This document shows positions 17,611 through 24,000 of a stretch of DNA of 24,000 nt, piece by piece. Position numbers and translations under genes: made by a program. The notes below the pieces were generated by a model. The model was given only the letters and a program-made list of their open reading frames with translations. It did not search any database and was not told the origin of the DNA. The stretch lies in the NCBI GenBank assembly GCA_003559095.1, contig PWMW01000053.1:1578-25577 (forward strand), written 5' to 3'. Each line of letters starts with the position of its first letter. The stretch's first letter is position 1. The stretch comes from Clostridiales bacterium. Lineage in GTDB: Bacteria; Bacillota; Limnochordia; Darwinibacteriales; B1SED10-159.

Positions 17611-18990
17611 ATGGAGCGAGTTCATTTCATTGGAATCGGCGGAACAGGTATGGGTCCGTTGGCGAAGGTTTTTATCGAACGCGGTTCGGTGGTCAGCGGC
17701 TCAGATCTGCAGGAATCCGAAACGACTGCGTTCTTGGCCGATCTGGGTGCCAAGATAGCTATTGGGCACTGCAGCGACCACGTAGGAGCCTGTGATGTGG
17801 TGGTGTACTCATCCGCCATTCCAGACTCCAATCCTGAACTGCAGGCCGCCCGTGTCCGTGGCTTGAAGGTGCTCCACCGATCCGAGGTGTGGGCGGAACT
17901 CTTAAACCACGGTCGGGGGGTGGCTGTAGGCGGAGCTCACGGCAAAACGACCATTACATCTATGATCTCGTGGATTCTAGACCAGAACCAGCTGGACCCC
18001 ACGGTGCTTATTGGTGCTCGTTTTGCCCCCTTTGGCCCGGGGGCCAAGTACGGACGCGGTGGCATGGTTGTGGCGGAGGCTGATGAAAGTGATCGTTCGT
18101 TTCTCCGTTATCGGCCGGAAGTGGCTGTAGTCACGAGCATTGAAGCGGATCACCTGGAAAATTACAACGGGGCTTTTTCTGAGTTGGTTCAGGGCTACAC
18201 GGAGTTTCTCGGCAACGTACGCCATGGTGGTCTTAGTGTTCTAGGATACGACGATCCCATCCTCCAGCGCCTGGCCCCTGAGCTTCCAGGACCTACGGTC
18301 ACGTATGGATTTCAACCAGGTGCGCAGTGGCGGGCAGAGCTGCTGGCCATGCGCCAGCGTGGTGTCACATTCAATGTATATGTGGACGAGACGTTTTTTG
18401 GACAATTTGAGCTGACAGTTCCAGGTCGTCATAACGTAAGTAATGCCTTGGCGGCCTTGGTGGTCGGCAGCCATTTTGGCCTAACCGCAGATCAGATGAG
18501 AGTCCCACTGGCTGCATTCTGCGGAGCCCAGCGGCGCTTTCAGATTCTTGGTGAGGCCAGTGGTGTCTTGGTGGTCGATGACTATGCACACCACCCCACG
18601 GAGATCGCGGCTACGCTGCGAGCTGCTGCGGAGGGGTGGAAGCGCCGTGTGATCGCTGTTTTTCAGCCGCAGCGGTACACCCGGACACAGCTGTTGTTTG
18701 ATGAGTTCACAGATAGCTTTGGCTATGCCGATGCCGTTTTCCTGACAGATATCTATTCTCCGCCTCCCGAGCAGCCCATTGTGGGCGTCAGTGCAGCGGT
18801 GATGGGGGAGAGCATGCGCCGGAAAGGCATCAATGTGCAGTGGGTGGGCGGTCAAGACCAGTTGGTTCAGGAGCTGCTTGACTCCGTGCGAGCCGGGGAC
18901 ATGGTGATTACCATGGGTGCAGGACCGATTTGGAAGAGCGCCCATGAGTTACTGCGATCATTGGCTGACCGCGAGCATGCTCCATCGTAA
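17611..18990 (+). CDS. murC: UDP-N-acetylmuramate--L-alanine ligase MurC
   Basis: N-terminal Rossmann motif HFIGIGGTGMGPLA, Mur ligase P-loop GAHGKTTITSM, and DDYAHHPTEI in the C-domain. AAGGAG 17595-17600 lies 10 nt before the ATG. Confidence 0.95.
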   Translation: MERVHFIGIGGTGMGPLAKVFIERGSVVSGSDLQESETTAFLADLGAKIAIGHCSDHVGACDVVVYSSAIPDSNPELQAARVRGLKVLHRSEVWAELLNHGRGVAVGGAHGKTTITSMISWILDQNQLDPTVLIGARFAPFGPGAKYGRGGMVVAEADESDRSFLRYRPEVAVVTSIEADHLENYNGAFSELVQGYTEFLGNVRHGGLSVLGYDDPILQRLAPELPGPTVTYGFQPGAQWRAELLAMRQRGVTFNVYVDETFFGQFELTVPGRHNVSNALAALVVGSHFGLTADQMRVPLAAFCGAQRRFQILGEASGVLVVDDYAHHPTEIAATLRAAAEGWKRRVIAVFQPQRYTRTQLLFDEFTDSFGYADAVFLTDIYSPPPEQPIVGVSAAVMGESMRRKGINVQWVGGQDQLVQELLDSVRAGDMVITMGAGPIWKSAHELLRSLADREHAPS

Positions 18991-19059
18991 GCCATTGACG
19001 GACAGAGGTAAAAATCTCCGTTATCTGGCAGGATTTACGGCCTTTGTGCAGAAATAGTG

Positions 19060-19272
19060 CTAGCAGGTCCTGGTGGTCCGGGAGTACCGGCCGGACCAGA
19101 CGTTGGCGAACGCGTGGAGGGAAGCCCAAAACCCTTTGGACTCCGCAATCCCGTTGACGTGGTTAAGAGCAGCGCTGCATACGGCCGTTGAGGCCGTCCT
19201 TTCATGTTTACGGGGGTATGAGCGTTTGCACATGATGGCTGTAAGCGGCATTCTGGCGACCGAGGACCCTAG
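19060..19272 (+). promoter_or_regulatory. Candidate structured 5' leader / riboswitch-like RNA domain, family unassigned
   Basis: A long-range helix pairs CTAG..GGTCCT.GG (19060-19073) with CC.AGGACC.CTAG (19260-19272), 12 bp in total, and encloses several local hairpins (19074-19098, 19114-19146, 19181-19197). The region has no SD-preceded ORF. It lies 5' of the ABC permease operon. Strand and function are inferred. Confidence 0.35.
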
Positions 19273-19443
19273 AAGGTGAGTGCGTAAGCGGACCGTGGCC
19301 AAAGTTTTCCCACAGAAAAGATAGTCTTCTGCGGTGCAGCGGCGGTGTTTTGTGCGAGTATAACGTTGTGACCCGGCCTTGATGGCTCTCATGGAGTATC
19401 CACCGCCGGGTACGCGAATTCTTTGTAGAGGAGGAATAGCTGA

Positions 19444-20412
19444 ATGTATCGTTACATTATTCGGCGTTTTGTTTATATGATACCGATGTTGATTGGTATC
19501 ACATCACTCAGCTTTTTCATTATGCAGTTGGCTCCTGGGGATTTCCTGACAACTATGCAGATGAGCCCTGACTTTCCACCGGAAATGTTGGCTCGCATGC
19601 GAGCGCAATATGGGTTGGATCAACCGGTGTATGTGCAGTACTTCAATTGGATTTTTAACGTATTTCGCGGCGATTTAGGCTATTCATTCCTGTGGCACGC
19701 ACCGGTCACTTGGGTTCTGCAGCAGCGCATCTGGAACACACTGCTTTTGACGGTGGTATCCATGATTGTAGCATGGTTGATAGCCATCCCCATTGGGATC
19801 CATTCTGCGACCCACCAGTACTCCTGGAGTGACAAGATCCTGACATTCTTTGCGTTCATTGGTATTTCGATTCCAAATTGGTTTTTTGGGCTCCTGCTGC
19901 TTTATTTTGTGGTCAGCCAAGGGTGGAACCTCCCCATTGGAGGAATGATCAGCACTGATTTTGGGGAACTGTCTTTTTGGGGTAAGGCGTACGATCTGGG
20001 CCGGCATATGCTGATTCCCGTGATCGTGCTCAGTACCGGAATCATGGCCGGTCTTATGCGTTACATGCGATCTAATCTGCTGGATGTGCTCAAACAGGAC
20101 TATGTGACCACCGCCAAGGCCAAAGGCTTGGAAGGGCGTGTTGTCATCTACAAACACGCTGTCAGAAATGCCATCAATCCATTGATTACGCTGTTTGGCT
20201 TCCAGCTGGGTACGGTGTTCTCGGGGGCAGCATTGACTGAGATCGTTGTCAATTGGCCGGGAATCGGCAGCTTGATGTTGAACGCCGTGCGTGGGTTGGA
20301 CTACTATCTGGTCATGGGTAATCTCATTATCGGCGGTGTGATGTTGATCATGGGTAATCTTGTGGCAGATCTACTGTTGGCGTGGAGCGATCCACGGATT
20401 CGATTTGATTGA
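19444..20412 (+). CDS. ABC transporter permease, peptide/nickel (OppB/DppB/NikB-like) family
   Basis: 322 aa with 6 TMs. Typical N-terminus MYRYIIRRFVYMIPMLIGITSLSFFIMQLAPGD and EAA-loop region YVTTAKAKGLEGRVVIYKHAVRNAINP. SD GAGGAGG 19428-19434. Confidence 0.9.
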   Translation: MYRYIIRRFVYMIPMLIGITSLSFFIMQLAPGDFLTTMQMSPDFPPEMLARMRAQYGLDQPVYVQYFNWIFNVFRGDLGYSFLWHAPVTWVLQQRIWNTLLLTVVSMIVAWLIAIPIGIHSATHQYSWSDKILTFFAFIGISIPNWFFGLLLLYFVVSQGWNLPIGGMISTDFGELSFWGKAYDLGRHMLIPVIVLSTGIMAGLMRYMRSNLLDVLKQDYVTTAKAKGLEGRVVIYKHAVRNAINPLITLFGFQLGTVFSGAALTEIVVNWPGIGSLMLNAVRGLDYYLVMGNLIIGGVMLIMGNLVADLLLAWSDPRIRFD

Positions 20413-20428
20413 GGAGGGGTGAGGAGCC

Positions 20429-21538
20429 ATGAAAAAGAACAGAGATACAACAAATGTCAACAACCAGCAGGCGGTTCGCTCCCCCTGGAAAATGGCATGG
20501 CGTCGTCTGCGCAGGCATAAGTTGGCAATGGGAGCGATGGCTGTACTGATCATGTTGCATCTGTTTGCCATCTTTGCACCGTTTTTGGTTCCCTACGGTG
20601 AAACCCAAACAGATCGCCGCCGGTCGTACCACCCTCCCATGCGGGTGCATTTCTTTGAAGATGGCCGTCTGACAAGGCCTTACGTCTACGGTTACACCTT
20701 GGAGGACGCTGGACGGCGTCGTTACGAACTGGATACCGATACCAAGTATGAAATCCAGTTCTTTGCCCATCAAGGTACAACCTACAATCTGTTTGGCTTG
20801 GTGGAGAGCAACCGCCGCCTGTTTTCAGTAGAAGCACCGGGTAAAGTTTACCTTTTGGGTGCAGATCAATATGGTAGAGACATTGTCTCGCGGTTGGCCT
20901 TCGGTGCGCGGCGATCGCTGTTCATTGGTCTGATTGGAATTGTCATCAGTACCAGCATTGGAATGATTTACGGCGGTGTGTCCGGCTTCTTCGGCGGCTG
21001 GGTAGACAACGTGATGATGCGGATATCGGAAGTGATTATCTCCATTCCCAGTTTCTATCTGCTGCTGGCCTTGAGCGCGGTGCTGCCCACAAATCTGCCT
21101 TCTGATGTGCGTTTCATGATGATTATCGGTATTTTGAGTTTCATTGGCTGGGCGGGCATGGCCCGCGTCATTCGCGGGATGGTGCTGTCCATTCGGCAGT
21201 TGGAGTTTGTCCATGGTGCGGAAGCTATCGGCTGCTCCCAGCCCCGAATTATTGTTAGGCATATCCTGCCGAATACTTTGAGTTATGTAATCGTCAATGC
21301 AACATTGGCTGTGCCGGGATTCATTTTGTCAGAATCGGGTCTTTCGCTCATCGGTGTTGGCATTCAGCATCCGCAGGCTAGTTGGGGCAACATGTTGTCG
21401 GAGGCTCTGAATCTATCGGCGCTCAGTCGCTTTCCTTGGCTGCTGGTGCCTGGCTTTATGATCTTCATCACCGTATTGAGCTATAGCTTCTTTGGCGATG
21501 GCATCCGCGATGCCTTCGATCCGAGAGCCACAAGCTGA
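20429..21538 (+). CDS. ABC transporter permease, peptide/nickel (OppC/DppC/NikC-like) family
   Basis: 369 aa. TM1 is followed by a long extracytoplasmic loop, then 5 TMs. EAA-loop FVHGAEAIGCSQPRIIVRHILPN. The ATG lies 16 nt after the upstream permease stop, behind GAGGAGGGGTGAGGAG. Confidence 0.9.
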   Translation: MKKNRDTTNVNNQQAVRSPWKMAWRRLRRHKLAMGAMAVLIMLHLFAIFAPFLVPYGETQTDRRRSYHPPMRVHFFEDGRLTRPYVYGYTLEDAGRRRYELDTDTKYEIQFFAHQGTTYNLFGLVESNRRLFSVEAPGKVYLLGADQYGRDIVSRLAFGARRSLFIGLIGIVISTSIGMIYGGVSGFFGGWVDNVMMRISEVIISIPSFYLLLALSAVLPTNLPSDVRFMMIIGILSFIGWAGMARVIRGMVLSIRQLEFVHGAEAIGCSQPRIIVRHILPNTLSYVIVNATLAVPGFILSESGLSLIGVGIQHPQASWGNMLSEALNLSALSRFPWLLVPGFMIFITVLSYSFFGDGIRDAFDPRATS

Positions 21539-21546
21539 CGTTATTT

Positions 21547-21579
21547 GCAGGCTTCCACACCCAGGAAGTCTGCTTTTTT
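21547..21579 (+). terminator. Rho-independent terminator between the permease genes and the binding-protein gene
   Basis: Stem GCAGGCTTCC (21547-21556) pairs with GGAAGTCTGC (21564-21573): 10 bp with one G-U, loop ACACCCA, followed by TTTTTT (21574-21579). It starts 9 nt after the permease stop. Confidence 0.8.
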
Positions 21580-21836
21580 GCTGATACGGCTCGTGTAGTT
21601 GCCGATCAGTGCAAGAATTCGCACCAGAGTGTGAAAACATTTCTATTTTGGAAGGAAATCCTAGTAGAGCACCGAATTACATATAGTAACAGTTATATCA
21701 TCGCTGCAATCGCCTCGTATGGATGGAGGGTACTGAGGTGGTCTGTATCTTGAGTCTTAAGGAGGGGGAATGGAGAGCGCTGAACTTATTGTAACCTAAT
21801 TCTTTTTCAGTAAATCAGTAAAGAGGAGGAAGATGA

Positions 21837-23564
21837 ATGAAGAAGATGAGATGGGCACTGGTCTTGGCGCTGATGCTGGTGCTTACGGCCGGTGCAGGAG
21901 CTGTGGAATTGTTGGATCCGGAAATTGTCGATGTCGCTGAATATTACGGCTATTCCATTGGGAAATATGGCGGAACCTTAACGGTGTATGGTGGGGCCTC
22001 CGGTCCTAAGTCATACAACCCGCATCTGGCTGCAGAGACGTCTACGACGGACCTTACTAACCAGCTGTTTGAGGGTTTGGTGCGTTTGGACCGGAACACC
22101 GGTGATGTGGTTGGACAGTTGGCACGGGAGTATGAAATCAGTGAAGATGGCACGGAGATTGTTTTCCACCTGCGTCGTGGTGTCCAGTGGCACGATGGAA
22201 CCGAGTTCACGGCCAAGGACGTTATTTTCACCTTCGACGTTATCTACGCACCGGACTCTCAGTCCAATGCCAGAACCGGCTTGCACATTGACGGCGAGCC
22301 CATGCAGTATGAAGCACTGGATGACTACACGGTGAAATTCACGCTTCCCCGTGTACATTCGCCAATCATGTACAGTATTGGGACGGCTATTATCCCCGAG
22401 CACAAACTCGGCGATGCATTCCGCGAAGGTCGTTTCAATGAGAGTTATACGTTGGCTACCGACCTGTCCGAAATCGTTGGAACCGGCGCATGGCAGTTAT
22501 CCAGCTACCGTGTGGACCAGGAACTGGTCATCATGCGTAACCCCAACTACTATCAGTTCGATACCGAAGGCAATCGTCTACCGTACTTGAATCGTGTTAT
22601 CTACAAGTACTATCCAAACCAAGATACCGCTGTACTGGCGTTTTTCGCTGGTGAATTTGACTATATGGGCATTCCAGCGACGCACTTTACGGAATTCGAA
22701 GATCGGGAACCGAATCTGCCGTTCAGGATTGTGGAGTCCGGTCCTAACCCAGGAACAACCTTCATCGTGTTCAACCAGAACCCAGCTGGTCTGGAACCGC
22801 CGGCGCTTAACTGGTTCCAAGACAAGTACTTCCGGCAGGCCATGTCTCATGCCGTGGATCGGGAAACACTGTTGGATATGGAGATGAATGGGCGGGGCTA
22901 CTTCCAACACAGTCCCATTAACATGCGGAACGAGTTCTTCTTGAATCCGGATGTCAAGACGTATGATTATGATCTGCAGAAGGCCCATGAACTTCTGGAA
23001 GCAGCCGGTTACACCCTTGGTGCCGATGGACGTCGTTACGACCCCGAGGGCAACCATGTGGAGTTCGAACTGCTGACCAATACCGGTGTAGCCATTCGCC
23101 AAACCACCGGTGAACTGTTCCAGGAAGACTTGGGTGAGTTGGGCATCACTGTTAACTTCAACATGATTGACTTCAATGTTATCGTTGACAAGCTGTTGAA
23201 CAACTTTGAGTGGGAAGCCATCATTATTGGTCTCACTGGGACATTCGATCCCAACGGCGGCGCCAACACCTGGATGAGCCATGGTAACCTGCACATGTGG
23301 CATCCGCTCCAGGAAGAGCCTGTTACCGAATGGGAAGCACGCATCGATGAACTGTTCGTCTCTGCCCAGCGTACCATGGATTGGGATGAGCGTCAGATGT
23401 ACTACTACGAGTTCCAAGATATCGTGGCTGAACAGGTTCCGTTGATCTACACCGTTAATGCCCAGACCAACGTGGCCATCCGTGATCACCTGCGCAATGG
23501 TGTACCAGCACCAATCAGCGGTGGCATGATGGATACTTGGGCCTGGCTGTGGATCGATCGGTAG
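21837..23564 (+). CDS. ABC transporter substrate-binding protein, family 5 (peptide/nickel/opine type)
   Basis: 575 aa with an N-terminal signal-like segment MKKMRWALVLALMLVLTAGAGA. SBP_bac_5-like content (LVRLDRNTGDVVGQLAREYEISEDGTEIVFHLRRGVQWHDGTEFTAKDV...). SD AGAGGAGGAAG immediately upstream. Confidence 0.9.
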   Translation: MKKMRWALVLALMLVLTAGAGAVELLDPEIVDVAEYYGYSIGKYGGTLTVYGGASGPKSYNPHLAAETSTTDLTNQLFEGLVRLDRNTGDVVGQLAREYEISEDGTEIVFHLRRGVQWHDGTEFTAKDVIFTFDVIYAPDSQSNARTGLHIDGEPMQYEALDDYTVKFTLPRVHSPIMYSIGTAIIPEHKLGDAFREGRFNESYTLATDLSEIVGTGAWQLSSYRVDQELVIMRNPNYYQFDTEGNRLPYLNRVIYKYYPNQDTAVLAFFAGEFDYMGIPATHFTEFEDREPNLPFRIVESGPNPGTTFIVFNQNPAGLEPPALNWFQDKYFRQAMSHAVDRETLLDMEMNGRGYFQHSPINMRNEFFLNPDVKTYDYDLQKAHELLEAAGYTLGADGRRYDPEGNHVEFELLTNTGVAIRQTTGELFQEDLGELGITVNFNMIDFNVIVDKLLNNFEWEAIIIGLTGTFDPNGGANTWMSHGNLHMWHPLQEEPVTEWEARIDELFVSAQRTMDWDERQMYYYEFQDIVAEQVPLIYTVNAQTNVAIRDHLRNGVPAPISGGMMDTWAWLWIDR

Positions 23565-23571
23565 AACGAGC

Positions 23572-23635
23572 TTTGCCGTCTCGACGGCAAATGAAGGAAA
23601 AGGCATCCGCCAGTGCGGATGCCTTTCTTTCATTT
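23572..23635. terminator. Bidirectional terminator region between convergent genes
   Basis: Palindrome TTTGCCGTC-TC-GACGGCAAA (23572-23591), then a perfect 12-bp stem AAAGGCATCCGC (23599-23610) pairing with GCGGATGCCTTT (23615-23626), loop CAGT. T-rich runs flank it on both strands (CTTTCATTT on the plus strand, TTTCCTTCATTT on the minus strand). Confidence 0.8.
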
Positions 23636-23658
23636 GAGGCGGCAGGAGAATGCAACCT

Positions 23659-24000
23659 TCACTCCGATGCTGTCTCGGGTTGGTTCGGTTCGAAAAAGGG
23701 AAAGACCACAAATCCCACGCAGACCGCCGCGGCCAACACCAAAGGGATCGGCACTAATGTATGCTCCAGGATGGGGTGAAGGCGAGTGAGTAGATAGATA
23801 CCTGGCAGTACCGCGCTGACCCCGTAGATGAGGGGAAATTGCGGCATGGCGCTCCCGTTAGCGGTGGCCACAGCAGCCCAGAAGGAGAAAGGAAATCCCG
23901 CTGTTTTGATGCCCACCCCGATGAATATGACCATCATCAGGGCTGTCAGAATCGGTGGTGATAGAACTTCTTTATGAGCAATCAAGTACGCAAAGTTCGT
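23659..24000 (-). CDS. Polytopic membrane protein, C-terminal part (5' end outside the window); family not resolved
   Basis: The minus-strand frame is open from the window edge (TNFAY precedes the ORF-track TTG at 23985) to TGA at 23659-23661. The sequence is strongly hydrophobic with several TM-like segments. The segment GIKTAGFPFSFW loosely recalls the K-x-A-x-PFH-x-W motif of NuoN/MrpD-type subunits, but key residues differ and only about 75 aa follow it, so no assignment is made. Confidence 0.5.
   Translation of the reverse strand, partial: TNFAYLIAHKEVLSPPILTALMMVIFIGVGIKTAGFPFSFWAAVATANGSAMPQFPLIYGVSAVLPGIYLLTRLHPILEHTLVPIPLVLAAAVCVGFVVFPFFEPNQPETASE

Noticed and set aside
17532-17795. 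87-aa ORF starting in the UPF0182/murC spacer.
   Set aside because: Its start lies inside the terminator hairpin, it overlaps the murC 5' end out of frame, and it has no SD.
19060-19300. Attempts to assign the leader to a known RNA family: cobalamin, ykkC/guanidine-ppGpp type, ydaO/c-di-AMP, yybP-ykoY, ZTP, T-box, RNase P and 6S RNA.
   Set aside because: Only short word-level resemblances were found, such as GGAGGGAAGCCC, GGTCCGGGAG, CCGCAAT..CCCGTTGA and GTAAGCG. The near-invariant cores are absent or in the wrong order: GCCACTG and the B12 box, GCCCGGGAG, GGGTGGTACCGCG, and GAGGAAAGTCC. The two arms of the domain do not form a 6S-like rod. A covariance-model search is needed.
19305-19319. 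TTTTC-N5-GAAAA inverted repeat resembling a CodY box upstream of the peptide-type transporter.
   Set aside because: The CodY consensus AATTTTCWGAAAATT has a 1-nt centre. Here the spacer is 5 nt and the flanks do not match.
19060-19392. Small ORFs inside the murC/permease gap: 68 aa on the plus strand (19073-19279) and 110 aa on the minus strand (19060-19392).
   Set aside because: Neither has a convincing SD, I recognise no domain motif, and the minus-strand product is extremely basic and Cys/Thr-rich. A real small protein cannot be excluded without expression or conservation data, so this remains the alternative hypothesis to the RNA interpretation.
22578-23711. 377-aa ORF antisense to the binding-protein gene.
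   Set aside because: Same reasoning: it shadows a well-supported plus-strand CDS, its sequence is low-complexity and not domain-like, and it runs through the bidirectional terminator.

Overview
The window is almost entirely a plus-strand housekeeping block. It has three parts. (1) A compact division/cell-wall (dcw) cluster, rsmH(partial)-ftsL-ftsI-murE-murF-mraY-ftsW-ftsQ-ftsZ (1-9682). (2) A tightly packed, probably single operon, nrdR-pgeF-ftsK-(RodZ-like HTH protein)-hslO-(UPF0182 membrane protein) (9906-17528), which ends at a perfect 12-bp hairpin and is followed by murC (17611-18990). (3) A 454-nt non-coding gap that shows extensive base-pairing potential, then two peptide/nickel-type ABC permease genes, a strong intrinsic terminator, a family-5 solute-binding-protein gene, a bidirectional terminator, and a convergent partial membrane-protein gene at the window edge. 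I found no rRNA, tRNA, CRISPR array, transposase, integrase, phage gene or recognisable defence gene, so I cannot support a claim that a novel multi-gene system is present. The most interesting unexplained element is the murC/ABC-permease gap (about 19000-19443). It looks like an unclassified riboswitch-like leader, but I could not assign it to any known family by eye. Secondary oddities are: a dcw cluster with no room for murD, murG, murB/ddl or ftsA; a function-unknown UPF0182 protein translationally coupled into a division/envelope operon; an ABC importer locus with no ATPase genes; and an FtsI start-codon ambiguity. Gene content (PASTA-bearing PBP, pgeF/ylmD-like gene after ftsZ, Hsp33) suggests a Firmicutes-like lineage. 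That is an inference only, and no database search was possible.
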